Assembly (NCBI RefSeq): GCF_001949145.1
Contig: NW_019091356.1
Location: 1,550,789-1,614,591 of the forward strand
DNA: 63,803 nt
Reading direction: 5' to 3'
Origin: Acanthaster planci
Taxonomy: Eukaryota
The notes under the pieces are model-generated. The model did no database searches. It worked only from the letters and a program-made list of their open reading frames with translations, and had not been told where the DNA came from. A program made the translations under genes and the position numbers. Position 1 is the stretch's first letter, and every line of letters begins with the position of its first letter. Positions 41,934 through 54,480 of this stretch are shown here, piece after piece.

Positions 41934-44900
41934 TCCTCCTTTCCCAATCCAGCACTGAGTTACCTTCAACTGTGTTATGTAAACATGCCATTGTAACCAA
42001 TTAATTAGTTATAGCTATCTCCGGCCTAAGTTACAAGTTAAGACATACAACAGGTTCGATTTGTGACAATCTATGTTAAATTCTCCTTTGCAATCAAAAG
42101 CTGGAAGAAATTAACAGTAAGATTCTCACCAAAGGGTATCAAAGATGATTTTCTAGCATGGTGGGGTTGGGTAATCTTTTGTACAGGATAATTTTAATTG
42201 TCACCTTCTACACTCAAAACACTTTTTTTCATGTGAATACAGAAATATATTTAAAAGTGTCAGGTTAGGTAATTATTTGAAATAGTTAACAGGCTAGATT
42301 GTGCAATTGTAGTTGATGTAGAAAATGATATTTATTTATCTCTTGCTATCAAACAGTTGGATAGCCTGTGTGTTCCAAACTCTTTATTTACAAAATGAGT
42401 GAGAAGAATTGACATGTGACTTGCCTAGGTTGTGATGAAATGGTTCACTTTAAATGCTAGCTAATGTACTATTTTGTACAGGAACGTATTGTGCAGAAGT
42501 TCTCAGACTTGATTACTCAAAAAAACTGGTAAAAAACTGTTGCATTTCATTAAAAACAATCTGTTATTTCAAGGTCTCTGAGAGATGCAGTCTGTTCTTA
42601 AGGTTGTACTGTTTCCTGTGCTGCCGTGGTTACCTTGTCATTTGCATAATTTATGCAGATAACATCTACATTTCGATCACATTTCCATCTTATACAAGTT
42701 GTTGCCAATAAGTAGCATTTGTATATGCAGTATTTTCTAAAATATTATACAGCTTACAGTCTCTATACAGTAGTAGCCATGGTAACAATGACAATGCAGT
42801 GCTATTATTTACATTTTCATGTAAGTGCAGCTTGTTAATGCAATATAAAATGAAACTTGCAGTTTCAAGCCACCATGACAGTTTTGATACACATCATTTT
42901 GCTTGTTGTTTTCAGGCATTTGTAATTTTGAAAAGAACATCTTGGTAACTAAACATTTAAATTCTCGGTAGAATTTCTCAGTTACCACCCAATTTACAGC
43001 GTATCTGAACATCCTCTGACCCATTCTACCAAGCAGGGGATCCCCTTTTGAATGTTGATCATAACAATTGGCCTTTGATGCTGAACAGGAAAATGGAAGT
43101 CTAATGTTTACTTTTCATCCGCGCAAGTTACGTATACTGTGAGCCGCTGCCTTCAAAACTGGACCCCACCCCCCCCAAAAAATAAGTGCATTCTGGATTG
43201 TTCAGCAACTGTTGGCATCCCCACCTTTTAGCTTCCTCGCAGCTTTCTATGAATATTGTTCATCAGCAAGAACTACAGTAGGGTGAGTTATTCTTTCAAG
43301 CCACCAGCAAGGTTAACTTGTTAACAAGAATNNNNNNNNNNNNNNNNNNNNNNNNNNNNNNNNNNNNNNNNNNNNNNNNNNNNNNNNNNNNNNNNNNNNN
43401 NNNNNNNNNNNNNNNNNNNNNNNNNNNNNNNNNNNNNNNNNNNNNNNNNNNNNNNNNNNNNNNNNNNNNNNNNNNNNNNNNNNNNNNNNNNNNNNNNNNN
43501 NNNNNNNNNNNNNNNNNNNNNNNNNNNNNNNNNNNNNNNNNNNNNNNNNNNNNNNNNNNNNNNNNNNNNNNNNNNNNNNNNNNNNNNNNNNNNNNNNNNN
43601 NNNNNNNNNNNNNNNNNNNNNNNNNNNNNNNNNNNNNNNNNNNNNNNNNNNNNNNNNNNNNNNNNNNNNNNNNNNNNNNNNNNNNNNNNNNNNNNNNNNN
43701 NNNNNNNNNNNNNNNNNNNNNNNNNNNNNNNNNNNNNNNNNNNNNNNNNNNNNNNNNNNNNNNNNNNNNNNNNNNNNNNNNNNNNNNNNNNNNNNNNNNN
43801 NNNNNNNNNNNNNNNNNNNNNNNNNNNNNNNNNNNNNNNNNNNNNNNNNNNNNNNNNNNNNNNNNNNNNNNNNNNNNNNNNNNNNNNNNNNNNNNNNNNN
43901 NNNNNNNNNNNNNNNNNNNNNNNNNNNNNNNNNNNNNNNNNNNNNNNNNNNNNNNNNNNNNNNNNNNNNNNNNNNNNNNNNNNNNNNNNNNNNNNNNNNN
44001 NNNNNNNNNNNNNNNNNNNNNNNNNNNNNNNNNNNNNNNNNNNNNNNNNNNNNNNNNNNNNNNNNNNNNNNNNNNNNNNNNNNNNNNNNNNNNNNNNNNN
44101 NNNCTCAATTAATCCATTCTCTACACTAGCGCTTGTTACAGTCAAATCCAATATCAATGATATACTACAACAATACATAAGCTATTTAAACAAAACATTT
44201 CTACCATGAACATTTTCTACCATGCAAACTAGAAGTGTAGGAGTGTCTTTTCAACTTGGGTTAATTCTACCGATATATTTCGTAAATTGTTAGACATGAG
44301 ATTTGTAAACCTTTGATGATTAAATATTAAAATCAAAGACTTGAAGTCATAAAAAAGAAAAAAGATTTTCAGACAGAATTAATTTATGTAATTCCTTTGG
44401 AAAAATAACAATTATCTACACTAGTAAATATGAATGTGATGTTTAAACATTTCAAAGAACAAATGCTTAGAAACTTTGAAACAGATTTAAAAATGACTTT
44501 CAACTTAGTATTTACACCATTGGCTCACAGATTCACTTTGCAGAAAAAAAATTCAATTTCAAATTAACAAAGTATTCATTTTATAACATCTACCAATCAA
44601 CAGGCGAAATCATTAAGAATATCCAAATAAAATTCTCTTCACTTTCCCAGCCTCAGCAGTAACCATCCCGTCATACAATGGCTCTTCTTGCTGTACGTGC
44701 AGCAGAAAGAAACTTGGTATTGAAAATAGTAATGTTAAAATGGAAGAAGTGTCACCAATCATTGGGAGTGTATATTTTTTATTCATTTAAGTGCTACAGT
44801 TGCAAACTCCAAAATGTTCATCCTAACATGACGTTTTAATGAATCAGACATTTCTTGATGGATTTAAGTTCTGTACCTTATGTAACTTCTAGGCTGAAAG

Positions 44901-45407
44901 GTTTGTTCAAATCTTAATCTTTTTTCCTTGCCAAATTGAGTACTTGGGATTGCTGGGAGCCAGCATCCCAACAAATGAAAAGACAATAAGCATGCAATAA
45001 AAGCATATCTCCAAAACTTGCTTTCATGAAATTTGACTTTGTAGTTCTCTTGGCATTTGTTAACAGTTTGACTTCATCTTTAGGTAGAAATATACGTACC
45101 GGTACACTAGAATACTCTGGTTTTCATCATTTGTGTGTTTCACCACGATAAATCTGTAATTGATCTTTTTTTGTGTTCTTCTTTGTTTTACTTTATAACA
45201 CAAGCTCTGAGTGTATTTGCTGTCAACTATTACACCATTGGAGTAGTACAGAATTTTATGAACTGCTCTTTCCTCTAATTGACAGATTTGAATATGAACC
45301 TTGTTATTGGCTGCTGTGCTTGGATGCTCTTTCAACAATTTTCTGAAGGATGTTGCTAAGATGGTAAGTTGATCCCCAAACCACCCTCATCCCCACAGCA
45401 GCTGCCT

Positions 45408-47785
45408 TTACACTCTGTGATATATTAGTGTAGACTTTACACCAGTCAACACTAGTTTCCCATCAATGGTGTATGTGATTCCTCTTGAATTGTTCTCTAT
45501 CTCATCTCCAGAGATGGATCGCAGGAGCTTGCCATTTGGACTGTAGCATTCAACTGCAGCCTTGTAAGTTGGTGTTAGTACTGGCGTAGGAACTCTTTTA
45601 ACTGAACTGAGCTTCATTGTAGTTGTAACTGCAGTGGGAATTCTAAAAGAAAATCCACCGCTCATTGATGTTGCCCCATAAGATGCTGGACTTACAGCTG
45701 GTGATGCTGCATCTTGTCGCTCCGGACCAGATACAATTGTATAGATATGACCGCCCTTATCACAACACACCCCATAAGGGCAGTTGGGATCTTCTTCCTT
45801 TCTGATTTGAACTGTGAATTTAATATTGCCTTCATAATCAACACTCATTAGCCGTTTCTTGTTGCTGTTNNNNNNNNNNNNNNNNNNNNNNNNNNNNNNN
45901 NNNNNNNNNNNNNNNNNNNNNNNNNNNNNNNNNNNNNNNNNNNNNNNNNNNNNNNNNNNNNNNNNNNNNNNNNNNNNNNNNNNNNNNNNNNNNNNNNNNN
46001 NNNNNNNNNNNNNNNNNNNNNNNNNNNNNNNNNNNNNNNNNNNNNNNNNNNNNNNNNNNNNNNNNNNNNNNNNNNNNNNNNNNNNNNNNNNNNNNNNNNN
46101 NNNNNNNNNNNNNNNNNNNNNNNNNNNNNNNNNNNNNNNNNNNNNNNNNNNNNNNNNNNNNNNNNNNNNNNNNNNNNNNNNNNNNNNNNNNNNNNNNNNN
46201 NNNNNNNNNNNNNNNNNNNNNAGTATAAATGATCTGTTGGTTGCTGATGGTCATGTAACTGTCAATCATTGGAGCAGGCAGTGCTCTGATGATGGATCCG
46301 TCTGGGTTGTGGAGAGAGATTTGTTCCTTGTCCTTGTAGCCCACTGCTATCAGATTGTTGTCATCCACAGCAAGGCATGTCGGTGTGCTGTCAATGTCTG
46401 CCTCTCGACCTGGGTTGAACTGATGGAGAAACTGGTATTCCTTGTTGAAGATCTTGACATTGGACTCAAACAGAATAATGAACTGGTCATCTTTGTTGAC
46501 TTCAAAATCGACAGGCTGCTTTACTGCCCCTGGATCCTCACCCTGCAGTTGGCTGATTGGGCAGACGTGAAGGATCTTGCAATCTGGACTCAGCTTTGTA
46601 AGGTTCTGTTGGCCTTTGTTAACCACCACCACGTCATTTGTGGAGAGTGATGCAATCAGTTCTCCAGTGATGTTTGAGTTACTCAATAACTCCCATTTTT
46701 CTTCCAGCAGCAGATAGCCAAGCTCAGTTTCTGTCTGATTCTCGGCAAAGCTGATGAAGGAAAGTTCAGGGCCTACATGATCTAGTTCCTTGACCACATC
46801 CTTGTAGTCATGCAGAAGCTCTTGCCGTATTTTTAAGACATCCAGCTGATTGGCCTCAGTCATATCCCCGTGCACCCTTCCCATTGTGTGCTCTGCAAAT
46901 ACCAACTCGGCCAGTTTCTTGTCCTTTCTCTTGAATGCCGCATGTGCCTGCTGTAGGAGTTGTGTCTCCTTCTGTCTGATCTTGGCCAACTCCATCTCGG
47001 CCTTCTGAGAAATCTGCTGTTCCGTCTGAGCCAGCATCATGTTCAATCTTTTGCGAGAGGACTCCCAGTTTGTCAGAATTGGTGTGGCTATGTTAGCAGA
47101 ATTATATTTGACAACATGGGAGACCAGTTCACGAGCGCGGTACAAGCAAATGTCTATAGCAGTCTTGAACAAAACTGTGCACAGGTTCTTTGTGGCCGGA
47201 AGAGGAACAAATTTTGCAGATCAGCTGTTCGCATGAGTTGCAGTAGAAGCAGAGTTCCTGACTAGGATGGTTGTCACACATAGAGATGTAGCTTTTTGTT
47301 GATACAGGCTTGGCCATCATTGCTTCACTCAGCTCTGCCAGAGATGTCACTTTGTGGGTCCGCAGTGCAGCCAGCCGCTGATGTGCCTTCTTACACTCTT
47401 GGCAGAGATAATGCCCACAGTCCATACAACAGGATATTGCTTCATTGCTTTCATCACATGCCTGACACATGACCATTGATCCTTCATCTTGTAAGAGTTG
47501 TTCCTGCTTTACTACTTCCTGCACCAAGGCAATCAGAGTGTAGTTGGTGTTCAACTTATCCACTCCACCCTCAGGCAAGGTGGTCTCTCTCTTGCACAGT
47601 GGACATGTTACCTTGTCATCATTCAGATGTTGGCTCTGCTTGAGTTCTTGGAGGCATTTCAGGCAGAAGCTGTGTGAGCAATGCAGCATCTTGGGTTCTT
47701 GGTAACAGGTGTGGCAGATGGAACATTCTAGGTGACCCTGGATGATGGAACCCAAAACTGACTCTACTGTCATACTGGCTGCCAT
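45408..47785 (-). pseudogene. TRIM E3 ligase copy A (RING, B-box1, B-box2, coiled coil, NHL-like propeller; TRIM56/TRIM2/3-like), frameshifted as assembled
   Basis: ATG at 47785 (MAASMTVESV). RING CSICHTC...CSHSFCLKC...CPLC; B-boxes CQAC...CMDC...CQEC..AH and CDNH...CNSC...CKIC..GH. The frame shifts at ~47170 (5 nt missing relative to copy B). The C-terminus is colinear with copy B and ends YHRV*. An N-gap lies at 45870-46221. Could be an intact gene with an assembly error. Confidence 0.75.
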
Positions 47786-48123
47786 CTTGAAAGCTACAGA
47801 TTCCAAGAGTGAATGAAAGAAAGGTCGCAGTCAGTTCTGTGGTCGAGAGGTACATGTACCTTGCCCACTTCAAGAATCCAAATCAGTGCATGAAGGGCTA
47901 GCATGCACTATTTGAGTCTATACTGAATACCTGGAGGTCATAGGGGTTAAAGCATACCGTGCTCACTACATGTAAGAAAGTTGACCTGTGGATGATAGAC
48001 ATACATAATACCACGTATTATTATAATCCTGCCCAAGCCAAAACTGTAGTCTACTTTGGCATTTGAAATAGGGTACCCCAGAGACCGGTTTGGCAAAAGA
48101 CTTGGTATTTGATTTTGACACTG

Positions 48124-48266
48124 TGTTGACAAAAATCTTAATTGTGGTGACGGACATTGTATTTCAAGCATTTCTAACTTGGATCAAGCAATTTGTTGAC
48201 AAAAATCTTAATTGTGGTGACGGACATTGTATTTCAAGCATTTCTAACTTGGATCAAGCAATTTGT
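48124..48266. repeat. Perfect 70-bp tandem duplication
   Basis: tgttgacaaaaatcttaattgtggtgacggacattgtatttcaagcatttctaacttggatcaagcaatt occurs at 48124 and 48194. Confidence 0.95.
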
Positions 48267-48429
48267 ATTACAAAAAAAGTAGCATAAGTTAAAGCAGACT
48301 CATGCCGTGTAAAATAATACTGTACATTTTTCTGTGACTGACAAATAAAAAGATGTCTTTTTTTTATATGGTACACCATGTTAAAAGTCAGACTGTAAAT
48401 AGTATCCACCGTCAAGTTTTGACAGACAT

Positions 48430-49065
48430 TGTGGCACCGCGCCCTTCCGACGAAGGCGAGGGCGCCCTCCTCCTCGAGGCGCGGTGCGTCGGACGGCACG
48501 CCGGAGAGTCCCTGAGCAGCTAGGGACGAGTCCGTTGGGACTGAAGTATACCGTCCCCCAAGAAAGTTGGTCTTCGTCGAGATGATGGCTAATCTGATTG
48601 GTCGAAACTTAATGACGTAACCCAGACAGACCTGACTTGAAATAAACTTCGCCTGGACTCCTGACTTATATACAACAATTACTAAGCGGCTGGTTTATTC
48701 ATCAACACACTCGACCAATACACCAGTAGAGGGCGCTATTGACGGGGAGACTGTGTGATTATACGTGACCGGACTTCGCCCAGACCATTCGGACTTAGGC
48801 ACAGTCACACTTGGCTAGGTGACTTTAACCCTTGCACAGGATTCTCGACCCGGCCTTACATCCGGATCAGCCCTTGATCAGGATGACTAATCCTTGCTTG
48901 TGCGCGCCTTTCATAGCCTTTGCGCTGCTTTGACCATGCCTGCGTACGCGCTCACGTGACCAAGCAGTGACTTCCGCTGCCCTATTGCACAACGTACAAG
49001 GCGGAGCCTATGCGCCGCGCTCGCATATCACCTGCTATGCGCGCCTAATGTCTGCCTCTGTTACT
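48430..49065 (-). promoter_or_regulatory. CpG-rich island upstream of TRIM copy A (putative promoter or inserted element)
   Basis: Abrupt rise in GC and CpG; reverse CCAAT (gattgg ~48596), CRE-like TGACGTAA 48613, minus-strand donor G/GTATAC at ~48551. Confidence 0.45.
48721..48738 (+). promoter_or_regulatory. CTCF consensus site
   Basis: CACCAGTAGAGGGCGCTA matches CCASYAGRKGGCRS. Confidence 0.55.
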
Positions 49066-51634
49066 NNNNNNNNNNNNNNNNNNNNNNNNNNNNNNNNNNN
49101 NNNNNNNNNNNNNNNNNNNNNNNNNNNNNNNNNNNNNNNNNNNNNNNNNNNNNNNNNNNNNNNNNNNNNNNNNNNNNNNNNNNNNNNNNNNNNNNNNNNN
49201 NNNNNNNNNNNNNNNNNNNNNNNNNNNNNNNNNNNNNNNNNNNNNNNNNNNNNNNNNNNNNNNNNNNNNNNNNNNNNNNNNNNNNNNNNNNNNNNNNNNN
49301 NNNNNNNNNNNNNNNNNNNNNNNNNNNNNNNNNNNNNNNNNNNNNNNNNNNNNNNNNNNNNNNNNNNNNNNNNNNNNNNNNNNNNNNNNNNNNNNNNNNN
49401 NNNNNNNNNNNNNNNNNNNNNNNNNNNNNNNNNNNNNNNNNNNNNNNNNNNNNNNNNNNNNNNNNNNNNNNNNNNNNNNNNNNNNNNNNNNNNNNNNNNN
49501 NNNNNNNNNNNNNNNNNNNNNNNNNNNNNNNNNNNNNNNNNNNNNNNNNNNNNNNNNNNNNNNNNNNNNNNNNNNNNNNNNNNNNNNNNNNNNNNNNNNN
49601 NNNNNNNNNNNNNNNNNNNNNNNNNNNNNNNNNNNNNNNNNNNNNNNNNNNNNNNNNNNNNNNNNNNNNNNNNNNNNNNNNNNNNNNNNNNNNNNNNNNN
49701 NNNNNNNNNNNNNNNNNNNNNNNNNNNNNNNNNNNNNNNNNNNNNNNNNNNNNNNNNNNNNNNNNNNNNNNNNNNNNNNNNNNNNNNNNNNNNNNNNNNN
49801 NNNNNNNNNNNNNNNNNNNNNNNNNNNNNNNNNNNNNNNNNNNNNNNNNNNNNNNNNNNNNNNNNNNNNNNNNNNNNNNNNNNNNNNGGACAAATAAACT
49901 CAACATGGAGCTGATAGGTTTAGTCAGACACACTGTTAAGCAGCTTTATCAATCCTACAAGAGGGCTGTTCTGATACCTCCTTGTGCGACAGAAAGGCAC
50001 TGTTATAGTTGTAGAATTTCTTAACTGACGACCATGTGACTGATGACGAGTCAGAGGAATCCAAGTACGAAAATGCTTTGAGGTGAGCAGAGACTGACCA
50101 AACTTAATACACAATTGGTTTTGCCTTTGACTGAGAGTGAGCATGCCACAAGAAACAAGTGCATCACTGATCATAACCATTGTATTCATTGCGCATTACC
50201 TTGACCCTTGACTTGTATTACATTGCAGAATGACAAAGGCGTGTAGATTTTATTGGTTGCGATCTATTCTATAACTCCGGAGGTTCTTTGTATTTCATTG
50301 GTCTTTTTCAAATTCCCAAATGTGACCTTTTCATTGGCTTTGTATAAATATAATGAAGACAAGCATCATTGTAAAAAAAAGCAAAGATTTTATTTAAACT
50401 ATTGCTATAAAAGTAACTTCCCTCCATTTTTTCCACCATTTCGACCAATGCTGACAAAAAGAGAGTTGTAATCAAGTCACATGCAAATTCACTGGAAATG
50501 ATATAACTACAGTTGATCATTGAACTACCATGTGACTACATTTCCATAACGTGAAATGTTAACAGTTTGATATTGAGTATGCCATCCTCTGTCTCTGATG
50601 ACTTAGACTGGCTTTTTTACCCATGCTGCATTACAGATGTCATACAAGACCTGCCTTTGCACAAAATTTCGTTCAAATGGGCTCATAGCATGACTATGAC
50701 ACTATGCACCATTGTAAACAATGTGATGTAATCATTCAATGAGCCATTGTAATGCAGGTCCAGTGAGACAAATACCAACAAATTCCAGGTAATCTTAAAA
50801 GTTTTGCAAATGACTGTATAAAAATAGCCAGCGGCAAAGGAACTCTTATGTCATTTTTCATCTCTTAATTATTCCTTCAATACATACGTTGCACTCCTGA
50901 TTGGCCGTTACCACAGGGTGGTCATTATAAAGATACAAAGCATCTAGTGAGTGAGATCTCTGAAGAGCTTTAATGAGGTGTTCTCTCACAGTCATCAAGT
51001 GTCGGAAGGGCTGTCCATTTTAAAGAAACTTGAGTTTGATTCTACAGGAAATCTGAATGAAACTTGAATGTGAAATATACATGTATGTACTGCTTTAACT
51101 TGAAATTGAGCAGAAATTCATATTACAGGCTGGACTCATCTAAGAAATATGGTCTCTTCTCAGTCTCCGTGATAAAAACATATGACTTAAAACTTAAAAA
51201 AGAAACATCATGCTAATTGAAACAGTGGTATTCTCCGTCACTGTCTTTCCATTACTAGGCAAGAAAACACTGATATCTTGGCCAGAATACCAGCATGGCT
51301 TTGGGCCTAATAAACAAAGTAAACTCTGGGCAGGCATTCAATAATCCTGTCTAGCTTGGCACTTGCCTCTCAGGTTTCAAGCCAAGGGCCAGTCCTATCC
51401 CTTCCAGATAACCAATAGACACTAGCTCAAGCTAGTGACCCCTCAAGTGTCAAGTGTTTTGCTATGATGAAGCTACAATAACAATTTCCACAAGATATCA
51501 TGATATTCATGTAAGCTTGTTCACGGAGCTATTTCTATCACATGGTGCAGGAGTACAAATTCCAGCTTGCCATGCTTTTTCAACAGTAAATATTTCATCA
51601 ATGCATTGACTGGAGAATTGTAAATCTGTTCAAC

Positions 51635-51770
51635 CAGACTTGTAGACTTGACTTTGGCCCAAGTTGGCCTTGAGTGGCTATATTTTGTGAATCATGAATT
51701 GACTTGTAATTATCAGTTTTTGACTTGGGACTTGACTTGGACTTGCACATTATGACTTGCAACACAAGTC
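51635..51770. repeat. GACTTG-rich short element, possible MITE remnant
   Basis: Multiple GACTTG units; ends cagacttgt ... acaagtc are inverted. Confidence 0.4.
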
Positions 51771-54245
51771 AATCAAAAACATTTAAGTTTTAAATTAGGA
51801 CTTTCACTGTGAGCCTTAATTGCATTTTTAGAGTAAGACTTCCTTCCGCTTACAACTTCTACTTTGGTCTTTTGTCTGACACAACACAACAAGGGTACTA
51901 TGTTGTTGCTTACTATTTCACAAACCAGAAACATCTATTCAGAGAAAAAGAAGTTATTTTTTTCGGAGGTATTAAAAATCATGTTTGTATCTCCAATATT
52001 CAACTCTAATTCTCGGGCTTATTTATATGCACATCTTCTTATTCCTGATCTTTGAATACGCTACTAATTTTCACATCTTTTGATCCCTACATCAACAGGG
52101 ATATCAGTCCTTACAGACCCATACAACTTTTAACATCTGGACAATTTAAGGGTCTTATAACCTGAATTTAAAGTTTATTGCACATCTATTTTAGGGTGTG
52201 GCCAAATTCAAGCTCTTGTGTTAGATTAGGAATTTCGTTTCTATAAGAAAGTAAACATACCTGAATACATTGCGTAAGTAACCCCCATTTCACCTGTACA
52301 CTAGGTGCTTACCTTGTATCACAAATCTTTGCAAAGCTGGAATCCATCCCCTGTGGAATACAAGTCTTGAACACTTGACTGCAACTCAGTGACAGTTGAG
52401 GGAGGATTTTTTTTTTTTTTGCTTGCCATTACAAAGGAGTAATGAATTGTGTCAAACAGCCGCTCCGTTTATTCCTTCTTTGCAGACCAATTCCAATTGA
52501 TGTGCATTGAATCATCTGCCTTTGGGAACTCTGCAACTCTGACATTTCAAGTTTCTTTTCATGTACACCTGTCAAGAATGAGTGACTTTATTCATTTCAG
52601 GTTGTTATCATATCCAAGGTGATCTTGTTGTAAGAAAGTGTAGAAATATTTGTCCTGAAACAGTCCTGTATTTCTGCTGCATTTGTTTCAGACAGGTGGA
52701 AAACTAAGTCCTTATTAAGTCATCAAGTTGATAGGCTGCTAGGAGATCACAAACCAATCGTAAATTGAAGTCAGTTTTTTTTTTCAGATGAACTTTCAGA
52801 AATGTCTTTTGGTTGCTGTTAATCTCCTGTTCACTTATGACTTGATCAGTTTCCTGGCACTTTCATGACTAAATTACAAATGTGTATGAAGTTGGTACTG
52901 TTGGATACTAAGTCAGTGAGGGGTCACCAAAGTGTTGATCCTATCGATTTTTCAATCAATTTCTGTGCACATACATTTTTGTGTTTTTTCCTTTAAAGGT
53001 GAAAGTGTTTCTGCAGATACTCTGATATACTAGTATGTTCCTATTGTAGCCGGAAGAGTATGTTGGCTTGCAACGTTACTTAGATCAGATAATTGCTTCC
53101 TTTGTTACTTTCTGTTTTGATCAGAAGTTATGTACATTTGTCCTTCTCCAACATGGTCTTTGGCAAATTTACAATATTTCTTCTCCCTGGTTAGAGACAG
53201 ACATATTTATTTCTTTGTTACTAGAATAGATCCATAGTAGACTCCAACATAATTTTCAAGGTGAGGAATGAAGGTGGTCATAAGAATTTGAGTTAAATTT
53301 CCTCCCCCATAAATACCTAGTCATCTACAACATACCCTAGACTGTATGAGAAAATTCACAACTGAAAAACACGAATAAATAACAGAGCACAAATGGTCTA
53401 TTTTATGAGTTTATCTAGTGTTATTTAAAACTATATGAGCTTCTCTACAATTGCCTACATTTCACTGATTGCCATGGCAGCACTGGGGTAAAGGGTATAT
53501 TGCTGTTTGTTAAAGGAGCATTAGATTGAGAAAATTGGGATTTATTTTAGTAATCTTCCTCATGCTGTTTAAAATAAAAATGTGTTTTTTCCAGTGTTCC
53601 ATATAAAAAGTCAAAAGGAGCAACAAAACTTTACATATCAATTGTCTAGGTTGTGGTGACATTTTCACTTTGAATGCTAACTAATGTACCATTGGTACAG
53701 AAGCTAACTATTCGTGCAGAATTTCTCAGACTTGATTATGCCAAAAATTTGGTAAACAACTCTTGCATTTCATTAAACACAACCTGTTATTTCAAGGTCT
53801 CTTGTGAGATTATTAAGGTTGTACTGATTCCTTTGCTGCCGTGGTTAGTTGGTCATTTGCATAATTTATTCACATACATAACCTGTGTTTCAAGCACATT
53901 TCCATCTTTATCCAAGTTGTCAGTAAGTATTACATAGTGCAGTATTTGTTATTAAACATACATGTATATAGCTTACTTAAAGGTTGATATTGTGGTAGCC
54001 ATGTTTACAATGACCCTTTGCTAAGTCAGGCAAGATTATGGAAGTGTTGATACCGTAGGTTTTTGTTCGTGAAAATCTTTGTAAAATTTCATTTCATTTC
54101 CTTTCCAGCACTAAATATGGAAGATTTCTTTGTGAACACTGCGACAACTGGATGGTTACCAAATCTCACAGCCTTTGTCTCCAAACATTGTCATTTCAGC
54201 TGAAAAGCTCACACTTGCAACTTATCAGTTGAGGTTTTCCTTCTG

Positions 54246-54480
54246 CTTTCTAAATCGGAAAGATTGAAATTAGGGACAAGACGTTTTAGAGTGAAAAATC
54301 ACTCTGAATTTAGACTGAAAAAGGCTGAAAATAGCCCCTTCCAGTGAAAGCTCGAGTGAAATTTCACTCTTCTAGAGTGAACAAATTTCACTCCAATTCG
54401 TCTGGTCCTTAATTTCAATCGGAGGGATTGAATTTTCACTCAAATAGAGTGAATTTTTGCTCTTTGGAATTTAGAGAGTG
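54246..54480. mobile_element. MITE with AGAGTGAAA/TTTCACTCT sub-repeats (CACTA/EnSpm-like)
   Basis: Absent from the paralogous site at ~60657-60670 (ccttctgtacttc). Ends CTTTCTAAAT ... ATTTAGAGAGTG; five or more internal AGAGTGAA/TTCACTC motifs in both orientations. Confidence 0.65.

Noticed and set aside
48430..48809. TG...CA-bounded GC-rich segment resembling a solo LTR
   Set aside because: No target-site duplication, PBS or second LTR was found; kept only as a CpG-rich putative promoter.
52313..52350. Minus-strand 38-nt segment with good acceptor and GTAAGC donor, a possible TRIM A 5' exon or lncRNA exon
   Set aside because: Isolated splice signals with no partner exon or homology.
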